Made by a program: the position numbers and the translations under genes
Source: Utricularia gibba
Taxonomy: Eukaryota > Plantae > Magnoliophyta
DNA length: 34,481 bases
Direction: 5' to 3'
Assembly: GCA_002189035.1 (NCBI GenBank)
Contig: NEEC01000090.1
Location: 1 to 34,481, forward strand
The notes under the pieces: model-generated
What the model was told of the DNA's origin: nothing
Database searches by the model: none
What the model saw: only the letters and a program-made list of their open reading frames with translations
In this document: piece by piece, positions 23,634 to 34,481 of the stretch
Layout of the letters: every line of letters begins with the position of its first letter
How positions within the stretch are numbered: the stretch's first letter is position 1

Positions 23634-24539
23634 ATTTTCAATATATATATATTTTTTTGCCAGGCTGTTTAATCCTCATTATCGCATTAAATAGCCGCTT
23701 AATACTTCAAAAACAAAAAAAACTAAAAGCATTTTCCTTTCTAATTAAAGGCATTATGTTAATAAAAAAAATTTTATTATCTAAATTCTTTCTTCAAAAT
23801 GAGAAGTATTTTTGTTGAGGAGGCAAATGCCCAACAGTCATCATAAAGCCTTCCATCAAAATGGACCAGGTCGCAAATTAGGGTAAAGCCCAGTTCGAAC
23901 AAGTACGAATATTTATACGTTTTTTATATTATATATAAAATAACCATTATCAGATCAAAATGGGCTGGGCCACCGATGAAAAAGAGTGATCAGCGTGGCC
24001 CAATACGCAAATTTTCAATTTCTGTTTTTTCGGTAAATTATTATTATAATTTGATATCAATTTGGATCGATTCCGGCAACAATACAATGAAAAAAGCATT
24101 AGTGCAACTTGTTTTAGTATGATTTTCTTGGTTAAATTCATGAATTTTTTTATAATGAATTAAAAAAATATAAATCTTATATTTAATTAATTTTTTTATA
24201 ATGAAATACAATTTGCTTCTCAACAATAAAAATGAAATAATGTTTGAGAAGAAACTTGTAGTAATGAGTTTCTGGTTTTCTTTAAAAAAAAAACTAAAAT
24301 ATTAATTATAATAATTCAAAAATAAAGAATAAATTGTGGTTTTTATTTATTTTGTAGGCAACCCTTGTGCTGGGCACAGAAAACACAACCTACCATCAAT
24401 GTTTTTTAAAGCAACTATGTAAATGGGGCCGTGAGAATCAAAAAATGCACCAAGTATTAACTATTGCCAATACCTAGCTGCCACTAACACGTACGTACGG
24501 GTAAAACACAGGTTCGGGTCGGGTCGGCCGACATCTCAG

Positions 24540-24917
24540 GTTCCGCCGCCGTGCGTTCTCGCAGGAGTGAGCAACCAGTCATGAGAATAAGCTCTAGAAC
24601 AAGGCGTCACCTTAAAAAAAAACATCGCTACCATAAATCTCATCAGGCAAAGATATATCAGGAGGATATTCTTTCTTCTTGCGTATTGCCATCTCTTTTC
24701 CTAGTTCCTCCTCCAATTCGAAATCTCCGGCGACCCCGTTCAACAGCATCTCCAACTTTCTCCTGCTCAACGATTGAGAAGACCAAGGAGCCATCAAATC
24801 TCCAGCTCTTTTCCCCTTCGAATACAAAACATCATCATTACCGACGATGACCATGAACCGCCGCCGTCGACGCAGTGAAGGGGGGTGGCGCCGCCGGAGC
24901 CGGAAGCTCTGTTGACA
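24540..24917 (-). pseudogene. Internal fragment duplicated from the ANK-CCCH gene (parent ~29630-30085)
   Basis: [27 protein letters not shown] and KKKEYPPDISLPD, plus DNA matching [10 protein letters not shown] and ENARRR, with several deletions and frameshifts. Confidence 0.9.
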
Positions 24918-25718
24918 TCAATAATATATATTAATTATTATTTATTTGTCATGTGTGGTTACAAATTCTGACTCAAAGTAGGTTGAAAATTCAAATGTGT
25001 ATTCATGACTACATATTATTATTATTTTTTACTTGTAGTCTATGAATTTGGAGACAGCAAAGTGGAAGCGATGTAACGTTCATTATAATTGATTCGATAT
25101 TCGAAAACGTAAAAAAAAATTAATATAATGATATGTATATTATTAGAATTAAATAAAAAAATTCATATTAGATTCAGGAAAAGAAATATATTATTTAATA
25201 GATAATATCACGCTTAGAAGCATTTTAAAGGAGACCAAAAGTGGAGACCATTATGGATTAAGAAGATTTGTAACATCATAATTATTTATTGCATGTATTT
25301 TCCATGCAAAAGAATCGATTTTATTGAAATTTGGATAATAATATTGTGGTGAGAAGGATTCATCCCCTTATTTAAGTGACTTAGCGCAAGGCATTATGGG
25401 AATTAAGAATGCACTAGAATACCATCCAGTTTGTGTCTTCTTGGGATTATTCTCAATTCTTCTTAACACCATCCTCCTTCCAAAGGCAGGCAAGTAGATG
25501 GAGGTTCATGACGGATGATCAATTTTCTAAATGACGCTATATCATTCTCACTCAATTTTACAAAGTAGTACTATTCATTCATTCATTTTTTCTTTATTGA
25601 TAAAAATATTAATTTTTTGTTGGTTTGGTGTTATTTGAAAAGCATAGGTTGGGTGTAGAAGCAATATTTGGTTCTTGTATATATTATCAAGTACACACAA
25701 ATATTTGTACAATTTTTA

Positions 25719-26070
25719 CTAATCTTGCTTCTCTTTGTGGGCAGCTGGAGGACGAGACCGCGACGTCGCCTTGGGTTCGAAGCGCGTCGTTTGGAAAAGC
25801 GCTTCGAAATGCCTGCATCTACAGCAGACGTCCTCTCCGCAGAAGGGGCATCTCCCTAACTTCTGCGAACACGGCCCACACAGAATGTGGCCGTTCATGC
25901 ACTGCCAAAAAAAAAAAAAAATTAAGAACACATACACTTGATTTAATAGAAACACAGCAAAACAAACCCAAAAAACTTACGGAAAAGATGGCCCCTCTGA
26001 TGGGGCCGTCACAGCAGATCGGGCAGTTGTACATCTTCATGTCAGCCTCGATTAATTTGTATTCAGCCAT
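25719..26070 (-). CDS. 90-aa SINA-like RING-HC-only protein, copy 9a (exons 26070-25981 and 25901-25719)
   Basis: Intact ORF across a 79-nt GTAAG..GCAG intron, identical to copy 9b. It lacks the upstream TATA module. Confidence 0.7.
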
Positions 26071-26187
26071 TTACTCTCTGGTACAGTGTTAAATTTCATC
26101 AATTACTTCATTTAATATTATTATACTTTAAATTGTTTCAAGTATGAAGAATTAGGCTACATGAAAATTAACGTGATTTGGAGGGAA

Positions 26188-26203
26188 TATGTATGTATGT
26201 ATG

Positions 26204-26239
<36 letters not shown>

Positions 26240-26275
26240 TGTATGTATGTATGTATGTATGTATGTATGTATGTA
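26188..26275. repeat. (TATG)n microsatellite, ~20 units
   Basis: Read directly; it lies in the spacer of the 382-bp inverted repeat. Confidence 0.95.
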
Positions 26276-26517
26276 CATGCACTTCTACACCCATCACATC
26301 ACCTCATTCATGATCCTCGAATAATCAAATCGCAAATTGCATGTTACATATTTTTCTTGAATTATTATCAGAATTTTGAAATTTCCAGAAAATTGATTTT
26401 GCAAATATTTCTAAGTCATTATCAATTTTTTCTAGAATTATTATAATCTCAGGTGAATTTTGTAATATGTGTAATTAAAGTGCAATGTTGTTAAAAAGCA
26501 CGACTTTTTCATACTAT

Positions 26518-26565
26518 AGATCTTACTTCTACAACTCTATATAATAAACAAGCTGGTGATGAAAT
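26518..26565 (+). promoter_or_regulatory. Family core promoter/TATA module of the SINA-like genes
   Basis: TAGAT(T/C)TT..TCC...CTATATAA...TGGTGATGAAAT lies 20-70 nt upstream of the ATG. Homologues occur at ~6110-6150(-), 6805-6845(+), 12655-12700(+), 17375-17420(-) and 21535-21580(-). Confidence 0.7.
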
Positions 26566-26587
26566 TTAACACTGTACCAGAGAGTAA

Positions 26588-26939
26588 ATGGCTGAATACA
26601 AATTAATCGAGGCTGACATGAAGATGTACAACTGCCCGATCTGCTGTGACGGCCCCATCAGAGGGGCCATCTTTTCCGTAAGTTTTTTGGGTTTGTTTTG
26701 CTGTGTTTCTATTAAATCAAGTGTATGTGTTCTTAATTTTTTTTTTTTTTTGGCAGTGCATGAACGGCCACATTCTGTGTGGGCCGTGTTCGCAGAAGTT
26801 AGGGAGATGCCCCTTCTGCGGAGAGGACGTCTGCTGTAGATGCAGGCATTTCGAAGCGCTTTTCCAAACGACGCGCTTCGAACCCAAGGCGACGTCGCGG
26901 TCTCGTCCTCCAGCTGCCCACAAAGAGAAGCAAGATTAA
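26588..26939 (+). CDS. 90-aa SINA-like RING-HC-only protein, copy 9b (exons 26588-26677 and 26757-26939)
   Basis: MAEYKLIEADMKMYNCPICCDGPIRGAIFS|CMNGHILCGPCSQKLGRCPFCGEDVCCRCRHFEALFQ...KQD*. The pattern is C-x2-C-x11-C-x3-H-x2-C-x2-C-x6-C-x2-C with the SINA-type CxxGH, and the intron sits at the IF(Q/S)|C position seen in plant SINA-like genes. Confidence 0.8.
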
Positions 26940-28681
26940 ATATTGTATAATTATACAAAATAATTTATTATACTTTATTGTAAAGAAGGTGAATTAGCGA
27001 TGGTGTTAAGAATTAAGGAGCCCCAGCCCATCACAATTTTCAATTTCTGTTTTATCGGGAAATTAATATTATAAATTGATATCAATTAAATCAATCCAAC
27101 GAAAACCAGAAAGATGAATAACACAATCCACTCAATCCTGGCCCTCCATTACCGCGAGATGTTTCCCTCAATGAAAATCCTAGTGCAACTATACCTACTT
27201 CATGTGAGTCCAAGGCCTCGACGAGTGTTTTAAAATAATGGGTTTTTTTTTATGAATTCAATTTAACAATTTTTATATAAATCGAAAAATTATTTAAAAA
27301 AATTAAAAATATTACATTTAATTAATCTTATAATTTGCTTCACCACAATTATTTCGTCTTGTTATGAAAATATGAAATATGAATAAAAGGAAATAGTTGG
27401 CGAAAAGAAAATTGTTCTAATCAGATTCTGTGAGCAATATTTTAAAAACGTGTTCAATTCATGATTTGAATTAGTGATCCCTACGGTTAAATTGGATTCC
27501 TTAATTTTTTATTATATACAATAAAAATAATTGTTTAGACAAACCGTTATTTTAAAATATGGACGGCTGTAGTCGTTAACTTTCTAGTCATAGAATGGTA
27601 GTGGATCATTGATACGAACCCAATTTCACGTTCGGCCCGATCCACCTAAAGAAGGCCCACCGTAAAATCCATAGAGCCGTTGGATGACGTAATTATGGGA
27701 TGAGCCCTTCCTTTGCATAAACCCCGTCTGCCACTTGAATACGGATTGATGTACGTGCATAGTCGATACTTGTGATTAGAACACGCAAAAACAAATTCAA
27801 AAATTTTGGTGAACTGAAAATCCCAAGGAAAATTGAGAATACTCAGATATGCCAAATAAATTGATCTAATTAAAAATGAATGAACAAATGTAACAAACAT
27901 CAATATAACAATATTATTCATTTTAGATATTTAATTTTCATTGTTTTATATTTGGTATTTTCAATTTTCATCCTCAAATTACTCTAGATTAAATATATTT
28001 AATTTTGAAATTCCTATCAATAACTTTTCACCATACTCAGAAAATAGATCTCTGCATAGTCATTTTATTCAATTTTATCATTTCTCATACATGAATTCAC
28101 TTAGACCATCCTTTCTCGTGCAGGGCATCGGATTCGAAGCATGAATGATTGAGGCCTAGTTCGATATTTCTATAAATAAGTTTAAACAATGTAGAACCAA
28201 AATTAGTTTTTTTATTAAATAATAAATCTCACATTCTAATAAATCATGGAGAGGAGGAAGCTTCCAACTGCCAATTCATGGGATAACCCTAATAATGTAC
28301 ACGTGTTTAGTATTAGGATGGCAGGCTGGACCCCACCTAAGTAAACATGTCGACACATTAGATGACATTAAAATCTAATTAAAAAGTGAGAATTAATTAG
28401 TATTTAAGTGTAATTATTATAGATGAGAAGATAATAGTGAGAAAATAAGGAATATGAATAAATGGAATAATTTTTTAAAAGAAGATTTTAGTAATCGAAT
28501 TTATATCGTGGCTGCTTTCTAAAACAATAATTCAATGAGAAAAAATAAATCAGCTTGGAGGTGGCGCGGCCGGTTAGTTCCCGGGATGACGGCGGAGGCC
28601 ATGATGATCTGCTTACGCGGCTGCTTCCGCCGCTCTATTTACATTTCTCGACGTGCCACCATGTTATCAAGGGGGTCTCCT

Positions 28682-30393
28682 TCACCAGTAGACTTCTGGG
28701 TCATCCATGTTCGGAGTCAGCATTGTGTTTCTGGCGTGAAATCCATTCTCGCTACGGATTCCGAAAGATGGAGATTTCTTGAGCTTAGTCGCATCGTCGC
28801 CATTGAATCGCCAGTCCAGCTTCCCATCCGGAGATCCCCACTCGGATGGAATTGAGTGCACGGGGGAATTGGCTGAGCATGAGAGGGAATAGCGGCCGGG
28901 ATCGATGAAGCTCTGACTTCGTTTGGACAGAGCTGAAGATCTTGAATTCAAGATGGCGGCCGCCATTGCTGAGGAAGAGTCGAAAGCATAGTTTCTTGGT
29001 TGTGCAGATGAGATGCTTGAGGGAAAGCTCGATCGGAGGTGGTTCATGTTCTGCCGGTATGCTGGAGATTGCACCTGAGGGGACGAGTTGGAGCTGAATT
29101 TTGGAGATAATCCCTGCATCTGTGAGATCAGAGACTGGTCATACGAACCAAAAAGTTCATCAAGATTGCCTTGCTTCAGCTCTCCCCCAGCTCCCATTCT
29201 GCTGTATGGAGAAGAGATGTTCCCCATTTCCTCGAATCCCAGAACTTTCATATCTAAATCCGCATCCCTTGCACTCAGGGTCGCCTTCAATCGGCTCCCC
29301 GGAAGCTGCAGAGCCGGAGGAGTGGTATTGATCTTGCTCTGCCAGAGCGAACCCCTACGATCGGAGACGAACCTGGTGAACCAAGAGGCAGTTGACTCAA
29401 ATCCAAACCAGTAGAGGCGTACGACTGCCGGAGCTCTTCGGGCTTGTGAGCGAAGAAGCAAACTTTCCTCGAGCAACCAGTTTCATCCTTACAGAGACGT
29501 GTTCTGTATTGAGCGGGATGAAGCCATGATTCGAAAACACCATGAGCATATTCACAGTTGTCTCCTTTCACGCAAGTTCCCTTCTTGAATTCAGGACAAG
29601 GAACACAACTATAATGATACTTCCTCAGATCCCGGCGCCGTGCGTTCTCGCCGGGGTGAACAAACGGACACTCCGTCCAGTCATGAGAATAAGCTCTAGA
29701 ACAAGGCTTCACCTTAAAACTGTACATTCTGAACTCATCAGTGCCATAAATCCCATCGTTTATATCAGGCAAGGATATGTCAAAAGGATATTCTTTCTTC
29801 TTCTGTATTGCTATTTCTTCTTCTGCTTCCTCCTCCTCGTCCAATTCGCAATCGCCGGCGACCCCATTCAACAGCATCTCCAACTTTTTCCTGCTCAACA
29901 ATTGAGAAGACCTTTTCACACAAGGAGCCATCAAATCTCCAGCTCTTTTCCCCTTCAAATCCAAAGCGTCAACATCACCCGCGGCGTTGATCAGAATATT
30001 AACGACCTCCAAGGATGACCACGAACCGCCTGCGGCGGCGCAATGAAGGGCGGTGGCGCCGTCGGAGCCGGAAGCTCTATTGACATCAACTTTGCCTGAT
30101 TCAACTAAATATTTGAGAATCGATAAGCTCCCATATAAAGACGCAACCATGAGAGGGGTTCTTTCTTCAAACCCCATCCTGTTTGAACCTAACCTTCTAC
30201 AGTACCAAAATCCCATTTCATCTAAAGAAGAACCCATCTCGATTTCATGGAGAAACCCTGACAGATCATCAAACGCAGCTAATTCAAGCAAAACAGTGCA
30301 ATATTTCCGAGCTTCTCCCCCTTGTTCAACTTGAAATTCAGCCTCCATCTCCGAATTATAACCGTTGCTTTCACTCTTCCCACCTCCACACAT
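28682..30393 (-). CDS. Ankyrin-repeat tandem CCCH zinc-finger (TZF; C3H29/C3H30/C3H66-like) protein, with a frameshift at ~29352-29355 in this sequence
   Basis: [86 protein letters not shown], then in the second frame [13 protein letters not shown] and [10 protein letters not shown]. The ATG at 30393 follows a 5'UTR intron acceptor at 30400. Confidence 0.9.
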
Positions 30394-31843
30394 GAGAATC
30401 TGGAACGGAAACAAGGAATCGAAAACTAATCACCGCCATATCTACAGCAAAACAAAAAAATCGAAAATTTCCATACAAAAGAAAATCCCAGTTGCCCAAA
30501 AAGGTCTACAGGATCAAAAATAAAAACCCAGATCACAAAAACAAGAATTGACGACAAGTCGCCGAGAAACAAACAGGGAAAACAAAACCCACCTCAACTA
30601 CCAACCAAACAACTACGCACAAAAAAACGGAATCTGAGAAACCAAAAGCTTCGCCCTTCTCACCTCTCACCAACGAAGACTAAAAGCTCTGAATCTACCA
30701 CGAAAAAAGCTTTGAACAGAGAATAAATGCCCCGATGTTCACACCTTCACAGTGCAGCCCAAGTTTGAGAAAAAAAAAAGCGAAGACTTTAGAGGTACGC
30801 GTGAGAGGGGAAGGGCGACTTTTCCTCTCCATTTCTTTATTTTAATGCCGGTTTCCTCCTTTTTTTTTAATAATATTTTTAATACCTTTCTATCCTAGAA
30901 AATTTTGAAAAGTCTTTCCTTCCTAGGAGTAAAATTTTATTTTATTTCATATGGCCCTTTGGATATTAATAAAAATTCAAAAACACTTCCTTTTCCATTC
31001 CACAAAGTACACGAGTTCCATTAATCCTTATCATTAATTACTAAATAAGATACTTTCTATAAAAATCTTGCACAAGATTCGGATAAACTTTTTGCATGTA
31101 TTGTTGATTCTGACGTCAGCATCATGTTTCTGTCCAAACTTGGCAAAGGGATAAGAATTGAACAATGGACCGACCATGTAGAGTTTGTAATTTTGGCTGT
31201 CGTGGCATTTTATTTCGTATTTTGAGAAGCAATAAATAAAGAAAATGATTTATTTAATTAAATTAAACACCTCCCAAAATGGGGTATAAATGATTATAGA
31301 TAAGATTTTCTAAAAATGAAATATTGGTTAAATGTAGTTATTAGAAAATGAAGTGCGTCGAAAATTACTAGACAAACACCATTTGGGTTTGACAACTTTA
31401 GTCAAAAATGGACGGCGAGGGAGACCACGAAATGGACGGCTGCAGATCGGGTCACTTTTGCTTAACGGATTCCATCGCACGCATGCATCTTCCATCATAA
31501 TAAAATTATTATCATCATGACCCCTCATCTCCCCCGACTTTTACTTTTCCTCCACACACGTTTTTAAATTTTATAATATAATTTACGTTACTTATTATTA
31601 GTAATTAAAAAATGATAAAAATGGAAGACATGGTGATTCGAAGAATGAATGATCAATAATTAGGTTGTAATAAGTTTTTAAAGTTTATATTAAAATTGTA
31701 TAACTAATTCCATAGGATTTGAATGAGAATGATTGTAATTTTAAAATAATAATAGAAATGGCTTTTAATTTTTTTAAATATAAACAATTTTTGTAAATTC
31801 CGGGTTCTAGAATGTACGCTCATCTCTTTGGTTAACAAGGAGG

Positions 31844-34439
31844 TTACTTTTCCTCAAAACTGGCATCGTATCGGGTCTCAAACCAGGGGTGGCGCAGCGC
31901 TTCCTCCGCCGTCGGCCTTTTCCGTGGATTGACCTCCAGCAAGCACCGCAGGAAATCAAGGAAACCGGCGTCTGAGATCTGGAGATGCTTCTCCAGAGAC
32001 GATGCCTCAGGGACGACGTATTCGAGCTCGTCTGTTTCCTGAGGGCATGATTAATTCTTTCAATCAGGAAGCTCTCACGAATGAAAGAGTTAAGGTTAGG
32101 TTTCGAAGATGTCACCTCGCTTAGGAAATAGAGATCGTAGTCATCTGTGAAGTACTTGTGTGTATATTGGCCGTTCTGCAGCATGTCTGGTTCCATAGGA
32201 CCAAGAATTCCGATCATCTGTGCGAGGATAACCGCAACCGCCTCGTTTGCGAAGAGCACCTGGAAGGCATACTAGTATTAATGATGAACCATATGGATTT
32301 CCCATATGAATGTGGATGTAGTAGCTACCTCGCCGGAATACAGCTCTGCTAAAATGCAGCCGATGGACCAAAGGTCGATCTTTTGGTCATAGGGGAGGCC
32401 TAAAATAATCTCTGGTGCTCTGTAAGAGCGGGATTGTATGTACATTGAAGGACTGTCTGTGAGAAAACAACTGCTTCCAAGATCAATAATTTTTATCTCA
32501 CATCTCCGGTAACTTTTGATGAGAATGTTTTCAGGCTTCAGATCACAATGGATGATGCCCAGACCATGAAGGTAGGTCAGTGCTTCTAGACATTGCCTGG
32601 TAATTGCCTGTACACAAGCACACGATAAACTCAAATTTTCTGACATTTGTATGGGATGTGATAAGTGAATTACCTGAAGCCTCTGCATGGTGAAATATGG
32701 CTCTCCACCTGATTCCTTGTTGAACTTCTGAAATTCGTATAGGTTTTCTCCCAGAAGCTCGGTGACAATAAACAGGTGTTCCTGCAAAAAGTAAAAGGAA
32801 ATTGAGAGGCTTTCGTACATGTCACTGATGTCTTGACTGAAATCCAGCAGTTTTCGCTACCTGAAAGTAGAAGTAATCGTAAAGACGCAGAACATGGTAT
32901 GCGTCATACGGATCATTCTTATTCACGAACTTGAGTAGTTTGATTTCATCCAAGCTCTGATCGAAGAAGTCCTTGTTATTTTTTATGATTTTCAGGCAAA
33001 CATCTAGCCCCAGATGAAGATCATGAGCTTGGACCACTTTGCTGAATGCTGCGGCGCCAAGGAATTCCATGACAAAATATCTACATGCTATAATGCTATT
33101 GATCACGATGGGGAAATCCTTGTTCTCCTCGAACCCGGTCCTGTGAATGAACAGCTCAAGTAACTAAAACATCACATACAGCCAACATGAGAGCATGAGC
33201 AGTGCCTTGCTTACCTATTTTTTCTGTGTATGATTCTTAAGTCAAATTCCTCATAATCATCATCATCATCATCATCATTTTTATTGTATATCAGAAGCTC
33301 GTCAGAAGAACAAACTCCCTCATCTTTTGGCTCTGTGTCAGGCTCATGCCGCTCTCTTCCATTCACCTCACTTGGTGGAGAGTCGGAGCCCTCATTCACA
33401 CTGGACCGCATCTCATTTAAACTTGCATCGACTACAAGAGAATTGACAACATTTCTGTTCGAATTACATCTATACAGATTCCCAGCTTCATGTTCTTCGG
33501 AATTACTCTGATAAACCAGTATCCCATCATTACAACAAGCACAAAGAGGGGATGAACACCTGTAGTCATCCAGATGTTCACCAAGCATCTCATCATTTTC
33601 TTGGAGCAGAAAATGTTCTTCCAAGTCAAAGTAATCAGTGAAAGCATGCTCCTTCAACTCCTTTCTCAAGTTTAATGGCAACGGATCTTGTACATCCTCT
33701 CTGGTTCTTTCGGGAAAGACAGTATTCCACAATGGGTCCTCACTCCCCTCCACTTTCATTGTCATAACAGACTTATCCTCACTTAGATCACCACCGATTT
33801 CTCTACCTACAAAGAGAGTTGGCATAGCATAGTCTTCATCCCTCTCTTTATACCAGAGATGATCATTTTGCATATCAAAATCAGGAATATCCCTTGCTGT
33901 TCCGAACTGAGACATCCCATCGGACGAAGCTTGAGACGGTTGGCAAGTATCATGAACCCCATATGGATTTATGAATTCTGGAAATTGCAGAGATGCAAGG
34001 GCAATTAGGATTTGGTAAAACTGGCAGAGAAACATCTCTTAAGTGGCTGTGTGAGATAAGCAGTTTCTATCATAAGGAATGGATCTCCAAAAAAACAGCT
34101 GGCGAATTAAAAACTAACAAACGAGAGTTATAGTGAAGGAAAACAAAATGAGTACCGGAAGAGCATAAACAGTAGCCGAAGAGCCCAAACTCAGAAACTC
34201 TTCCTCTGACGAACCATCTAAGTTCGAATTAAGTTCCCCCGGCGGCTGACCTTCCGTGACAATGGAATCCGGAGCGGGGAGGCGGTTTCGCTACAGGAAA
34301 ACTGAATCTCTCGGAAAAAGAAGCACTCGGATCAGATTTCTCCAAGACATCCACCATAAGCGCTGATTCGCTCTCAGATAAGCGATTCCTCCGCAAACTC
34401 CAATACCGCCTCCAACTCAATCTCGGCCGCTTGAGCCAT
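31844..34439 (-). CDS. DYRK-like (plant DYRKP-type) Ser/Thr kinase; exons 34439-34156, 33977-33215, 33140-32861, 32781-32674, 32607-32329, 32259-32116, 32038-31844
   Basis: RKNRTGFEENKDFPIV, LGAAAFSKVVQAHD, CLKIIKNNKDFFDQSLDEIKLL, HCDLKPENIL, DLGSSCF, YIQSRSYRAPE. All six introns are GT..AG. Exon 1 needs four homopolymer corrections to read through. Confidence 0.88.
33256..33279 (-). repeat. (GAT)n encoding a poly-Asp tract in kinase exon 2
   Basis: TCATCATCA... on the plus strand; DDDDDDD in the ORF. Confidence 0.9.
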
Positions 34440-34481
34440 GAGGAAAAGGCCTTCCTTCACCACAAAACAGACTCAAGTGAA

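Noticed and set aside
5900-26940. Inverted SINA pairs as Pack-MULE TIRs or amplification chimeras
   Set aside because: No common terminal sequence or TSD was seen, and most arms differ by roughly 15-25%, which excludes read chimeras. This remains open only for the identical 382-bp pair.
25625-26958. Cys/Arg-rich ORFs 25625-26092(+), 26566-26958(-), 25735-25941 and 26717-26923
   Set aside because: Antisense shadows of the RING gene, duplicated only because the DNA is an inverted repeat.
29088-30395. Plus-strand ORFs overlapping the TZF gene, and similar ORFs over gag, PYL and the kinase
   Set aside because: Antisense frames of GC-richer coding DNA.
32608-32673. ORF track reads through IHLSHPIQMSENLSLSCACVQ inside the kinase domain
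   Set aside because: It is a 66-nt GT..AG intron that happens to be in frame and stop-free; removing it restores RLQ|AITRQCL.

Overview
Eudicot plant nuclear DNA (spliceosomal introns, AT-rich intergenic DNA). The ordinary genes are a WEB-family coiled-coil gene (-, 795-2124), a PYL4/5/6-type ABA receptor (+, 22960-23633), an ankyrin plus tandem-CCCH zinc-finger gene (-, 28682-30393) and a 7-exon DYRK-like kinase (-, 31844-34439). A truncated CRM-type Ty3/gypsy element lies at about 13312-16360. The striking part is about 5.9-27 kb. It holds roughly 15 copies or fragments of one very short two-exon SINA-like RING-HC gene. Most are arranged as head-to-head inverted pairs, with progressively more of the central promoter/5' region missing. 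The series runs from divergent gene pairs, including a seemingly perfect 382-bp inverted duplicate encoding an intact 90-aa RING-only protein, to non-coding fold-backs of pre-miRNA/hairpin-RNA size. Two further fold-backs unrelated to SINA lie in the same interval. Caveats: identities are hand estimates, and several frameshifts fall in homopolymers and may be assembly errors.
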